From NCBI GenBank assembly GCA_963756425.1, contig CAVWNW010000018.1, forward strand, positions 23,281 to 87,280: a stretch of DNA of 64,000 nt, given 5' to 3'. The DNA is from an uncultured bacterium (lineage in GTDB: Bacteria; Actinomycetota; Acidimicrobiia; Acidimicrobiales; VFJN01). Both the position numbers and the translations under genes were made by a program. Under the pieces are notes generated by a model. That model made no database searches, had not been told where the DNA came from, and saw only the letters and a list, made by a program, of their open reading frames with translations. Positions 37,119 through 48,810 of the stretch are shown here, in pieces (position 1 is the first letter of the stretch; each line of letters starts with the position of its first letter).

Positions 37119-38215
37119 TCAGCTTTGGCCACCGCCTGCGACCAGGGGATGCTGCTCGAAGAACTCCCACATGACCTCGTTAGCCGAGATCGACATCGTC
37201 GTGTGACCGACTAGGTTCTCGACGTTGGCCAGGAGCTCGGAGCCTGGCCAGGTGTGACCGCCGCCCTCCACGCGGTAGAGCTCGGCCTCGGCGCCTGCCG
37301 GGCAGGCGAAGGACAGCAGGGTGACGTCGTCGGCGACCGCCTCCTCCTCGGGGGCGGTGTCGTCACAGCCGTTGCGCCCGGCCCAGTCGGCCATCACCTC
37401 GGGAACTGACGGGCCCCCGGCCGCCCGCGCCCCATCGGGTTGGTCCGCCACGTCGCCGAGGGTGCCCTGGCCATCGGGCGAGGGCAGGCTGGCGACCTGG
37501 GGACCGAACCCCCCGTCGTAAGCTAAGAAGCCGTCATCGGTGCCGTGGAAGGCAACCACCGGGACCGAGCGTTCGGGAGTGCAGCCGGCGACCTCGGTCA
37601 CGCCCGCCACGGGCGCGGCCGCGGCGAAGCGATCGGAGAGCGCGCACGCCAGCGTGGAGGTCATCATGGCTCCGTTCGACAGGCCGGTGACGTAGACCCG
37701 GGCGGTGTCGACGCACAGCGACGCCTCGACGTCGTCCAGCATCCCCTCCAGAAACACCTGGTCGGGTCCCCCCGGCCTGGTATCCCACAGCGGGACCGGC
37801 CCCTGGCCCTGACCGTGCGGCGTGAGCGTGACGAACCCCTGCTCGTCGCCGTACGCGCCCAGGCCGGACACCGTGGCATGCACCTCGGCCCCCTCGCTGT
37901 AGCCGTGGAGGTCGACCACCACCGGCACGGGGGTGGTGCCGTCGTGCGCCGGCGGCACGTGCCTCAGGTACCAGCGCTCGACTCCGCCGGAGTCGAGCGT
38001 CACCTTCACCTGCCCGGCACCGACGGTGCGGCGCTGGCACCGCACCCGGCGGAGGGGCGCGGGTCCACGTCCTCCGGTGCGGCCGGCGCCGCGGCGCCAT
38101 CGGCCCCCGACGCACCAGCCTCGGCGCCACCAGCGTCGTCGTCCCCGCCCGAGCAGGCGCCCAGGAGCACACCGCACATGAGCACCGCCGTGATCCGGCG
38201 CAGAGATCTCGCCAT
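37119..38215 (-). pseudogene. LpqC-like lipoprotein esterase (PHB-depolymerase-family) with a frameshift near 38008-38015
   Basis: A lipoprotein signal peptide with lipobox (MARSLRRITAVLMCGVLLGAC) and PSAGCG lie in ORF 38006..38254. The catalytic domain with GLSNGAMM (GxSxG) lies in ORF 37119..38177 in another frame. The junction reads ...SVPG/QVKVTLDSGGVERWY. Confidence 0.75.
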
Positions 38216-38270
38216 CACCGTTCCCCTCCGCGTCCCTCCGCGCCCGGCGCGCACCAGGGTGCCACAGGCC

Positions 38271-40127
<1,857 letters not shown>

Positions 40128-40170
40128 AGGCGCCGAGGCTACGTTCCGATCCGTTCGCGAGAATCCCTCC

Positions 40171-40352
40171 GTGCGCGGGGCGATCGCCTTCACCACGACC
40201 GTGACCACCGACGGACGGCGCTGGCGCAGTTCCACCGGCGGGCGTACCTCCGTTGGATCGACGCCACCAAGCGGCGGCCCGACCTCCGGGCCGCCCGCAT
40301 CGCCGAGATGGTCGAGCTCCTGCAGGCCGGCCACAAGCAACGTCCCGGCTGA
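40171..40352 (+). pseudogene. Remnant of a DUF1905/YdeI-like gene (N-terminal start fused out of frame to the C-terminal tail)
   Basis: GTG 40171 gives [17 protein letters not shown] different frame with no start codon encodes ...[37 protein letters not shown], resembling the C-terminus of YdeI/OmpD-associated proteins. Confidence 0.35.
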
Positions 40353-40474
40353 GGCGCGCTCGCTTCCGTTGACAACGACGCGCTGTTAGGGTTACCTAAC
40401 CAGTCCCGCCTGATGGCGAGCTGATCGAGTCGGCCGGGAGGGCGCGGCGGCCCTCTCGGCCGGCCGCCACGCCG

Positions 40475-41965
40475 TCAGGTCGTGCGCCACCCCCGCTCGA
40501 ACGGCAGCCGCCAGGCATGGGGGGCGATCAGCTGGTGGATCGCGTTCGGTCCCCAGGACCCGGCGGGGTAGGCCCGCACCGGCGGCGGGTCCTCGAGCAG
40601 CGGGGTCGAGAGCGCCCACAGCCGCTCGATGCCCTCGGCGGTCGTGAACAGGGTGTGGTCGCCGACCATCGCGTCGTAGACCAGCCGCTCGTAGGCCTCC
40701 AGGATGTCGTCCTCCCGTCCGGTCTCGTGGAGCGCGAACTGCAGGCTCAGCTTGTCGAGTTTCATGCCGGGGCCGGGTCGCTTGCCGTAGAACGACAGCG
40801 AGAGCTTGGCGGAGTCGGCGAGGTCGAACGTCAGGTGATCAGGGCCCTGCCTGCCCACACCGGATCCGTGCGGGAACATGCTCTTCGGTGGCTCCCGGAA
40901 CGCGATGGAGATGATGCGCGCCCCCTCCGCCATGCGCTTGCCCGTCCGCAAGAAGAACGGCACGCCCGCCCAGCGCCAGTTGTCGATGTCGCAGCGCAGC
41001 GCGACGAACGTCTCGGTCTCGGAGTCCGGCGCCACGCCCGGCTCGTCGCGATAGCCCTGGTACTGGCCCCGCACCACCATCTCCGGATGGATCGGCCGCA
41101 GCGAGCGGAAGACCTTGTTCTTCTCCTCGCTGATCGCTCCCGGCGCCAGCTCGGTCGGGGGCTCCATGGCCATGAACGCCAGCACCTGGAACAGGTGCGT
41201 CACCACCATGTCCCTATAGGCGCCGGTCTGCTCGTAGAAGGCGATGCGAGGGCCGATCGAGAGCGTCTCCGGTACGTCGATCTGCACGTGATCGATGTGG
41301 ACCCGGTTCCAGATCGGCTCGAACAGGCCGTTGGCGAAGCGGAACGCGAGGATGTTCAGCGCCGCTTCCTTGCCCAAGAAGTGGTCGATCCGGAAGATCT
41401 GCTCCTCGGTGAACGTCTCGTGCAGCGAATTGTTGAGCTCCTGCGCGCTGGCGAGGTCGGTGCCGAACGGCTTCTCCATGATGATCCGAGCCCGATCGAC
41501 GAGCCCCGCCTCGCCCAGCAGCCGCACCACCGGCAGGGCCGAGGCAGGAGGAACGCTCAGGTAGTGAAGCAGTCGGCAGGCCCCACCCAGCTCCGCCTCG
41601 GCCGCCGCCACCGCCCGCGCCAAACCCTCGGCCCCCGCGGACTGGCTGACGTAACTGAGCTGACTCTGGAACGCCGCCCACCGGTCGTCGCTGATCTCGT
41701 GGCGCGAGAACTTCTCACAGGACCGGTGCGCGAGGTCCCGGAACGCGTCGTCGTCGAGCTCGTCGAGCGAGGTCCCCACGATCCGGCACTCGGGCACCAG
41801 GCCAGCCATCGACAAGTGGAGCAGCCCCGGCAGAAGCTTGCGCCGCGCCAGGTCACCCGTAGCACCGAACAGCACGATCACGTGCGGCCGCAACGGCGAC
41901 ATCAACTCCGAGTCGATGTCATGCGGTTCCGCGCGGATGGACACCTTGGCCTCCCGTACCCGCAC
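40475..41965 (-). CDS. zwf: Glucose-6-phosphate 1-dehydrogenase
   Basis: NADP-binding FGATGDLARRKL and the active-site RIDHFLGKE motif. Alternative start ATG 41902. Confidence 0.95.
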   Translation of the reverse strand: MRVREAKVSIRAEPHDIDSELMSPLRPHVIVLFGATGDLARRKLLPGLLHLSMAGLVPECRIVGTSLDELDDDAFRDLAHRSCEKFSRHEISDDRWAAFQSQLSYVSQSAGAEGLARAVAAAEAELGGACRLLHYLSVPPASALPVVRLLGEAGLVDRARIIMEKPFGTDLASAQELNNSLHETFTEEQIFRIDHFLGKEAALNILAFRFANGLFEPIWNRVHIDHVQIDVPETLSIGPRIAFYEQTGAYRDMVVTHLFQVLAFMAMEPPTELAPGAISEEKNKVFRSLRPIHPEMVVRGQYQGYRDEPGVAPDSETETFVALRCDIDNWRWAGVPFFLRTGKRMAEGARIISIAFREPPKSMFPHGSGVGRQGPDHLTFDLADSAKLSLSFYGKRPGPGMKLDKLSLQFALHETGREDDILEAYERLVYDAMVGDHTLFTTAEGIERLWALSTPLLEDPPPVRAYPAGSWGPNAIHQLIAPHAWRLPFERGWRTT

Positions 41966-41991
41966 GCGAGGGTAGACGTCGGCCGTGGCCC

Positions 41992-42861
41992 GTGCGTGAG
42001 CTGGACGTGAACGGTGGGGCTACCGTCCTGGACGTGACCCTGCAACGCCTAGGGCCGGATGCCACCGTGGACGACCTGGGCGGGTCGCTCGACGAGCACG
42101 GCTACGCGCTGGTCGAGGACGTTCTGTCACCGGATGACGTCGAGGCCCGGCGGGCCGCCCTGGCCGACCTCTTCACCGCCACGCCCAGGGGCCGGAACTT
42201 CTTCGAGGGCTTCCACACCCAGCGCGTCTACGCCGTGTTCGCCAAGACCCGTGCGTTCGACGACCTCGCCCTCCATCCCCTGCTGCGCACGGCGCTAGAC
42301 CGGGCCCTGGGCGAGCACTACCAGCTCTCGGCGCCGGTGGCGCTGCAGATCGGGCCCGGCGAGAAGGCGCAGGTCCTCCATCGCGACGAGGACATCTATC
42401 CCCTGCCGCGCCCTCACGCGCCCGTGGTGGTGAACAGCATGTGGGCGCTGTGCGATTTCACCGAGGCGAACGGCGCCACGCGCCTGATTCCGGGTAGCCA
42501 CCGCTGGGATCCCGACCGTCGGCCCGATGAACACGAGGTCGTGCAGGCCACGATGCCCGCGGGCTCGATGCTCGTCTACCTCGGTGGGCTGGTCCACGGT
42601 GGCGGGGCCAACACGACCGGCTCCCCCCGCCCGGCCATGCTCCTGGAGTACGTCGTCTCGTGGTTGCGGCCCCAGGAGACGCAGCTGGTCGCGGTGCCGC
42701 CGCAGATCGTGCGCACCCTGCCGGAACGCCTCCAGGAACTGCTGGGCTACAACGTCTACCCGCCGTTCCTCGGCTACGTCGACGGGCGCCACCCGCGCCG
42801 GATCCTCGACGGGGAGGCGGAACCCACGGTCGACCCATTGCGCCAAATCACGCCCAACTGA
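41992..42861 (+). CDS. Phytanoyl-CoA dioxygenase (PhyH)-family oxygenase
   Basis: Full-length PhyH layout (EHGYALVEDVLSPDDV...LHRDEDIYP...GATRLIPGSHRW...). Confidence 0.85.
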   Translation: MRELDVNGGATVLDVTLQRLGPDATVDDLGGSLDEHGYALVEDVLSPDDVEARRAALADLFTATPRGRNFFEGFHTQRVYAVFAKTRAFDDLALHPLLRTALDRALGEHYQLSAPVALQIGPGEKAQVLHRDEDIYPLPRPHAPVVVNSMWALCDFTEANGATRLIPGSHRWDPDRRPDEHEVVQATMPAGSMLVYLGGLVHGGGANTTGSPRPAMLLEYVVSWLRPQETQLVAVPPQIVRTLPERLQELLGYNVYPPFLGYVDGRHPRRILDGEAEPTVDPLRQITPN

Positions 42862-42888
42862 TCCACGAATGTCGGGCAGCATGGGCGG

Positions 42889-44610
42889 GTGACCGACACC
42901 ATCCGCTCCATCGCCGACGAGTACTGGGAGGCCAAGCTCGAGGCCAGCCCGCTGTTCGCCTCGTTCCTCGGCGATCATCGCTACGACGACCGCGCCGACG
43001 ACCTGTCGGCCGAGGAGGAGCGCCGGCTGCGATCGGTGTGGGCCGGGCTGCGCGAGCGAGCCGCCGCCGTCTCCAGCGGGAACGGCGAGCTCGACGAGAC
43101 CGACCGCGCGTCACGCGACCTCCTGGTCCAGGAGCTCGACGACTCCGTGCGCGCCATCGACCTGCGTCTCGCCGAGCTGACGTCCGACCAGATGCAGGGG
43201 ATCCACGCCGACCTGCTGATCACGGCGGCGCAACTGCAGGCTCCCGACCCCGAGCACGCCGACATGGCGCTGACGCGCGCCCGCCTGTTCGGGCGCATGC
43301 TCGACCAGGCCACCGACCGTTACCGGGAGGGGCTGGCCGCAGGGCGCACGCCCGTCCGCATCAACGTCGAGCGATCGATCAACCAGGTGGACGGCTACCT
43401 GGCCTCGCCCCTCGCGTCCGATCCCTTCGCCAACCTCGCCGGTCCGGACGGCTGGGACGGCCTCGATTCCTGGCGGGGCCAGCTCACCGACATCGTCCGC
43501 GATGACCTACGGCCGGCCTTCGCCCGATACCGGGATGCCCTGCGCGACGAGCTCTTGCCGGCCGCCCGCCCCGACGACCGCCCCGGGCTCCGGTGGCTCG
43601 ACGACGGCGCCGAGCTGTACCAGGCGCTGATCGAGCTCCATACCGGCTTGCCGCTCTCGCCCGACGAGCTGCACGCCATCGGCATGGCCGAGGCCACCGA
43701 GTCGCTGCCGGCCGAGTACGCAGAGGTGGGTAGCCGCGAGTTCGGCACCGGCGATCTGGCCGAGATCTTCGGGCGCCTGCTCGACGATCCGGACCTGCGC
43801 TACCGCGACGCCGACCAGATCATGGGCCACGCCACCGGGTGCTTCGATGCTGCTCGGGCCGCGATGGGCGACTGGTTCGGCATCCTCCCGGAGGCGCCGT
43901 GCGTGCTGGAGCCGGTGCCGGAGTACCTGGCGGCCGACTCCCCCGCCGCGTACTACTCGCCCCCGGCGCCCGACGGCAGCCGCCCCGGCGAGTACTTCGT
44001 GAACCTGTACGAGCCGACCAAGCGCGGCCGGGCCGAGACGGCGTCGATCGCGTACCACGAAGCCATCCCCGGCCATCACCTCCAGCTCGCCATCGCCTCG
44101 GAGCGCACTGACCTCCCGGCGTTCCGCCGACTGTCGTGGGGCCACACCGCGTTCGTCGAGGGTTGGGCGCTCTACACGGAGCGGCTGGCAGACGAGATGG
44201 GCCTCTACGGGAGCGACCTCGACCGGCTCGGCATGCTGGCCAGCGACTCGTGGCGGGCCTGCCGCCTGGTCGTCGACACCGGGCTGCACGCGATGGGCTG
44301 GACCCGCCAGCAGGCCATCGACTTCATGAACGCCCATGCTCCGGTGAGTCGTGAGGAGATCGTCGTCGAGGTGGACCGCTACATCGGCATGCCCGGGCAG
44401 GCGCTGGCCTACAAGGTGGGCCAGCGCGAGATCCTCCGGCTGCGCGACCAGGCCCGGGCTGCGTGGGGCCCGGACTTCGACATCAAGGCCTTCCACGACA
44501 CTGTGCTCGGCGGCGCCACCATCAGCCTGCGGGTGTTGCGCGAGCGCGTGGGCGCGTGGTCCGCGGGCGGTCAGGCTCCGGGGGCCGTACCGGGCACGGC
44601 CTCGCCATAG
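42889..44610 (+). CDS. DUF885-family protein
   Basis: 573 aa. N-terminal [18 protein letters not shown] and a conserved [12 protein letters not shown] segment. Confidence 0.8.
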   Translation: MTDTIRSIADEYWEAKLEASPLFASFLGDHRYDDRADDLSAEEERRLRSVWAGLRERAAAVSSGNGELDETDRASRDLLVQELDDSVRAIDLRLAELTSDQMQGIHADLLITAAQLQAPDPEHADMALTRARLFGRMLDQATDRYREGLAAGRTPVRINVERSINQVDGYLASPLASDPFANLAGPDGWDGLDSWRGQLTDIVRDDLRPAFARYRDALRDELLPAARPDDRPGLRWLDDGAELYQALIELHTGLPLSPDELHAIGMAEATESLPAEYAEVGSREFGTGDLAEIFGRLLDDPDLRYRDADQIMGHATGCFDAARAAMGDWFGILPEAPCVLEPVPEYLAADSPAAYYSPPAPDGSRPGEYFVNLYEPTKRGRAETASIAYHEAIPGHHLQLAIASERTDLPAFRRLSWGHTAFVEGWALYTERLADEMGLYGSDLDRLGMLASDSWRACRLVVDTGLHAMGWTRQQAIDFMNAHAPVSREEIVVEVDRYIGMPGQALAYKVGQREILRLRDQARAAWGPDFDIKAFHDTVLGGATISLRVLRERVGAWSAGGQAPGAVPGTASP

Positions 44611-45332
44611 CCGGTCTCGGTCTCCGCCCGCTCCTCGATCACGTAGTGGTGGACCAGGCCGGCGATCACGCCGCCGAGGATGGGCGCGACCCAGAACATC
44701 CACAGCTGCGTGAGCGCCCAGTCGCCCACGAACACGGCCGGGCCGGTGGAGCGGGCGGGGTTCACCGACGTGTTCGTGACCGGGATGCTGATCAGGTGGA
44801 CCAGCGTGAGGGCCAGCCCGATCGCCAACGGGGCGAAGCTCCTCAGCGCATCCCGGCCGGTCACGCCGAGCACGATCAGCACGAAGAAGAACGTCATCAC
44901 CACCTCGGTGAGGAAGCACGCGCCCCAGTTGTAGAGACCGGGTGAGTGGTCGGCGAAGCCGTTGGCGGCGAGGCCGCTCTCGTCGACGCTGAAGCCGTCG
45001 ACGCCGTTGGCGATGACGACGACGATGGCGGCGGCCACGATGGCGCCGATGACCTGGGCGACGATGTAGATCACCGCGACGCGGCCGTCGATGCGCCGGG
45101 CGGTGAGGACGCCGAGCGTGATGGCGGGGTTGAAGTGGCCGCCGCTGATGTGCCCCAGGGCGTAGGCGCCGGTGACCACCGTGAGGCCGAAGGCCAGCGA
45201 CACGCCGACGAGCCCGATGCCGAGGTTGGTGTCGGGCATGAAGTTGGAGGCAAGGACCGCGCTGCCGACCCCACCCAGGACCAGCCACAGGGTCCCGAGG
45301 AACTCGGCGATCACCTCGCGGGAGAGATCCAT
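44571..45332 (-). CDS. aqpZ: Aquaporin (MIP family, AqpZ-like)
   Basis: Two NPA boxes (HISGGHFNPAITL and SVNPARSTGPA) and six TM helices. Confidence 0.93.
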   Translation of the reverse strand: MDLSREVIAEFLGTLWLVLGGVGSAVLASNFMPDTNLGIGLVGVSLAFGLTVVTGAYALGHISGGHFNPAITLGVLTARRIDGRVAVIYIVAQVIGAIVAAAIVVVIANGVDGFSVDESGLAANGFADHSPGLYNWGACFLTEVVMTFFFVLIVLGVTGRDALRSFAPLAIGLALTLVHLISIPVTNTSVNPARSTGPAVFVGDWALTQLWMFWVAPILGGVIAGLVHHYVIEERAETETGYGEAVPGTAPGA

Positions 45333-45425
45333 CTGCGCCTCCGTTGGTCACTCGTGAGGACTTCGGCGGAGCGTAGGGCCACCGTCCACGCCGGACGGGG
45401 ATGCCCATCTGTACTGTCGGGACGG

Positions 45426-46688
45426 ATGAAGACCCGCGCCCGGGCCCGTGCGGCGCGCTGGCTGACCCTCGCCGTGGTCGTCGCCGGCGCCCTTGCCGTG
45501 CTGGGTCTCGTCACCTACTGGCCGACCGGCGACGCGCCCGAACTGCCGCCACAACCCAACACCTACGTCGACGCCACCGTCACGGGCGTCGCCACCGAGG
45601 GCTGTGACGACTTCGAGACCGGTGCCACGACGTCGTGCCAGGTCGTCAGCGCCCGGCTCACTTCCGGGCCCGACGACGGCGACCAGATCGAGTTCCAGGT
45701 GCGCTCGACCGAGTTCAGCGTGCCGGAGCTCGAGGAGGGCGACGAGGTCGTCCTCCTCGACGTGGCCACGTCCCCGCCCGAGTTCCGCTACTCGTTCTCC
45801 GACTTCCAGCGTCGGACGCCCCTGCTGTTGCTGGTCGCCGCCTTCGTCGTGGTGGTCATCCTCTTCGGCCGCTTCCAAGGTGTGCGCGCCCTGCTGGGCT
45901 TGGTGGCCAGTGGCGCCGTGCTCCTGGCATTTGTCGTGCCAGCCCTGCTGCGGGACTCGCCGGCGTTTGGGGTGGCGCTCACGGGGGCGGCGGCCATCGC
46001 CTTCATCGCCCTGTACCTGGCGCATGGCTTCAGACTCGGCACCACGGTGGCGCTGGCGGGCACGCTCGTCGCGCTGGCGATCACCAGCGCGCTGGCCCTT
46101 CTGGTGGTGACCGTCACCCACCTCACGGGCCTGGCCGACAACAGCGCCCAGGTGCTGCGGGTGACCGCCTCGGCCCTCGACCTGCGTGGCCTGCTGGTGG
46201 CCGGGATCGTGGTCGGCGCGCTGGGTGTATTGGACGACGTCACGGTGAGCCAGGTCTCGATCGTCGCTGCGCTGCGGCGGGCCAATCCGGGCCTGGGCTC
46301 GCGGCTGCTCTACCGCGAGGCGATGAGCGTCGGGCGGGACCACGTCGCCTCGACGGTCAACACGCTCGTGCTGGCGTACGCCGGCGCCTCGCTGCCGCTG
46401 CTGCTGTTCTTCACGCAGGGAGACCAGCCCGTGGAGCGGCTGCTCACGAGCGAGCTGATCGCCGTCGAGATCGTGCGCATGCTGGTGGGGTCCATCGGAC
46501 TGGTGGCGTCCGTGCCGATCACGACCGCCCTCGCCGCACTGGTGATGGGGGCCGGCCGCGCGGAAGCGGACGACGACCTCCTCTGGCCGACCGACGGCGA
46601 CACGTTCGACCGCCCGACACCCGTACCCGCCGGGCCGCATGCTCCGTCGGGGGACGGCGGAGCCGACGACGACGACGCTTCTGGCTGA
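45426..46688 (+). CDS. YibE/F-family membrane protein
   Basis: ATG 45426 (MKTRARARAARWL...). Multi-TM protein with GALGVLDDVTVSQVSIVAAL, characteristic of YibE/F. Confidence 0.8.
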   Translation: MKTRARARAARWLTLAVVVAGALAVLGLVTYWPTGDAPELPPQPNTYVDATVTGVATEGCDDFETGATTSCQVVSARLTSGPDDGDQIEFQVRSTEFSVPELEEGDEVVLLDVATSPPEFRYSFSDFQRRTPLLLLVAAFVVVVILFGRFQGVRALLGLVASGAVLLAFVVPALLRDSPAFGVALTGAAAIAFIALYLAHGFRLGTTVALAGTLVALAITSALALLVVTVTHLTGLADNSAQVLRVTASALDLRGLLVAGIVVGALGVLDDVTVSQVSIVAALRRANPGLGSRLLYREAMSVGRDHVASTVNTLVLAYAGASLPLLLFFTQGDQPVERLLTSELIAVEIVRMLVGSIGLVASVPITTALAALVMGAGRAEADDDLLWPTDGDTFDRPTPVPAGPHAPSGDGGADDDDASG

Positions 46689-47085
46689 GGCGGCCGCGGG
46701 CGGGCGGGGCCGTATCCTCCGGCCGGTGCCCCCACGACACCCGCTGCTCTCCGCACTGGAGCCGGTCGCCGAAGCCCTCGGCGCCACGCTGGTGCCGCCG
46801 TCGCGCCTGGCGGCCGGGGACATCCCGCTGCGCTGGGACGACCAACTCCTCGGGGGCCTCCGCCTTCCGGGTGTGCGCGGCGCACTCGATCGGATGATCG
46901 CCGCGGTGGAGTCGGAGCTCGGGGCTCCGCTGGCCAGCCTGTCGCGGGTGGACAAGCAGCGGGCGGTCCGGCTGCTCGACGATCGCGGTGCGTTCCAGCT
47001 GCGCCGGTCCGTCGAGGAGGTCGCCGACGCCCTAGGGGTGAGCCGCTTCACCGTGTACAACTACCTGAATGCCGAGGGGCGCTGA
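46639..47085 (+). CDS. YheO/DauR-like HTH transcriptional regulator
   Basis: C-terminal DKQRAVRLLDDRGAFQLRRSVEEVADALGVSRFTVYNYLN matches the HTH_22 pattern. Start uncertain because it overlaps the upstream gene by 50 nt. Confidence 0.65.
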   Translation: MLRRGTAEPTTTTLLAEAAAGGRGRILRPVPPRHPLLSALEPVAEALGATLVPPSRLAAGDIPLRWDDQLLGGLRLPGVRGALDRMIAAVESELGAPLASLSRVDKQRAVRLLDDRGAFQLRRSVEEVADALGVSRFTVYNYLNAEGR

Positions 47086-47091
47086 CCTCCG

Positions 47092-47325
47092 ATGGCGCTG
47101 ACGGTCGAGTTCACGGTCGAACCCTTCGTGGCGGGCGAGCCGGGGCCCCACGTGCAGGCGGCGATCGAGGCCGCTCGCCGGTCGGGCCTCGTCGTCGACG
47201 TCGGCCCGTTCGGCACCTCGGTGTCCGGTGACGACGACCGGGTGCTCGACGCCGTCGATGCCGTTGTGCGCGCCGCCGTCCGGGCCGGCGCGTCACGGGT
47301 CTCCCTGCAGCTCGCGCGCGCCTAG
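47092..47325 (+). CDS. MTH1187/YkoF-like (DUF77) thiamine-binding-family protein
   Basis: 77 aa. The MALTVEFTVEPF...GPHV..AIEAARRSGL...GPFGTSV.G pattern is typical of this small family. Confidence 0.65.
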   Translation: MALTVEFTVEPFVAGEPGPHVQAAIEAARRSGLVVDVGPFGTSVSGDDDRVLDAVDAVVRAAVRAGASRVSLQLARA

Positions 47326-47373
47326 CGCCTCGCAGGTGACGGCGCAGCAGCGCCGGCGGGCTCGCGCTCGTCG

Positions 47374-48726
47374 CTACTCGTCGGCGAGCAAACGCTCCCG
47401 GCGCTCGAAGAGCTCCTCGGCCGCCGCCTGGGCCTCGGCCCTCACCGCGTCGGCGTCGAACGTGGCCGGCCGCCCCTGAGCCACCAGCCGCCGGCCGTCG
47501 ACCCAGACGTCGCGCACATCACGACCCGAGGCCGAGAACACGAGGTGGGCGGCGACGTTGAAGTGGCGGCCCTGGAGGACCGGCGTCGTGTGCAGGCCCC
47601 CGAGCCACACCGTCACGAGATCCGCGCGCTTGCCCGGTTCGAGCGAGCCGGTCGTGCCGGCCAGCCCCAGTGCCAGGGCACCATCGATCGTCGCCATGCT
47701 CAGGACGTCCCACGGGTCGCCGCTCGTGGCGTCGAGCGTGGCCACCTTCTCCAGCAGCGCTGCGAACTTGGTCTCCTCGAGCAGGTCGAGGTTGTTGTTC
47801 TCCTTCTCACCGTCGGTCCCCAGGCCCACGACCACGCCGGCGGCGCGCAGGTCCGCGACGCGTGCCGCTCCGGACGCCAGCTTCATGTTGGAGCACGGGC
47901 AGTGCGCCACCGCCGTTCCCGTGCTCGCCAGCAGCTCGATCTCGGGGTCGTCGAGCCAGACGCAGTGGGCGATCACCGTGCGCGGCCCGAGGATCCCCCG
48001 CTGCTCGAACAGCTCGACTGGCCGGAGGCCCCACCGTGCCAGCGACTGCTCGACCTCCCACGTCGTCTCCGACGAGTGGGTGTGCAGCCCGGCATCGAAC
48101 TCCTCGGCCAGCGCCCGCGCCGCCGCGAAGCACGCCTCGGTGCAGTAGAGCAGGTGCTCGAGGCCGACCCAGGCCCGCACCCGCCCCGCGGCGCGGTCGC
48201 TGCCTACGGACTCGAGCAGCGCGCGGTTGGAGTCGATCGACTCGAAGTAGTCGTAGCCGGCCTCGTCGGCGACGTAGGGCACCAGCGTGGCGCGGATGCC
48301 GAGCCGCTCGGCGCTCGCCGCCGACCCCTCCATGAACCGCCACATGTCCATCACCGACGTCGTGCCGGCCAGCAACCCCTCGGCGTAGCAATGCAGTGAG
48401 GCCACCCGGGCGATCTCGGGCGTCAGCGCCCGGTGTGCCGGGTCGACGTGGGTGCGCAGCCAGTCCCACAGGGAGAGCGACTCCGCGGTGCCGCGCAGGA
48501 GCCCGGAATGCATGTGGCAGTTGTGCAGGCCGGGGATGACGGCGTGCCCGGTGGCGTCGACGACTTCGACGCCGTCGGAGGCCGCCCGCGGATCGGCGTC
48601 CACCGCATCGACCGGGCCCACGGCGACGATCGTGTCCCCGTCGATCAGCACCGAGCCGGGATCGTGGACGGCGGCCCCGCCGGTCATGGGCAGGACGATG
48701 CCGTTGCGGATCAGGGTTCTGGCCAC
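47374..48726 (-). CDS. Amidohydrolase-superfamily deaminase/chlorohydrolase-like enzyme (MtaD/SsnA/TrzA-like)
   Basis: From GTG 48726 (VARTLIRNGIVLPM...). Metal ligands in HNCHMH, HTHSSE, and GTDGEKENN with the DG ligand. The upstream part of ORF 47374..49302 is shadow sequence. Confidence 0.85.
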   Translation of the reverse strand: MARTLIRNGIVLPMTGGAAVHDPGSVLIDGDTIVAVGPVDAVDADPRAASDGVEVVDATGHAVIPGLHNCHMHSGLLRGTAESLSLWDWLRTHVDPAHRALTPEIARVASLHCYAEGLLAGTTSVMDMWRFMEGSAASAERLGIRATLVPYVADEAGYDYFESIDSNRALLESVGSDRAAGRVRAWVGLEHLLYCTEACFAAARALAEEFDAGLHTHSSETTWEVEQSLARWGLRPVELFEQRGILGPRTVIAHCVWLDDPEIELLASTGTAVAHCPCSNMKLASGAARVADLRAAGVVVGLGTDGEKENNNLDLLEETKFAALLEKVATLDATSGDPWDVLSMATIDGALALGLAGTTGSLEPGKRADLVTVWLGGLHTTPVLQGRHFNVAAHLVFSASGRDVRDVWVDGRRLVAQGRPATFDADAVRAEAQAAAEELFERRERLLADE

Positions 48727-48810
48727 GGCGCAAGGCAATGACCGCCGGGTCGGCTTGTCAACGTGGCCCCGGAGGCCGGCCGCTCGCCGCGCACCTGTAG
48801 GGTCGCCGCG

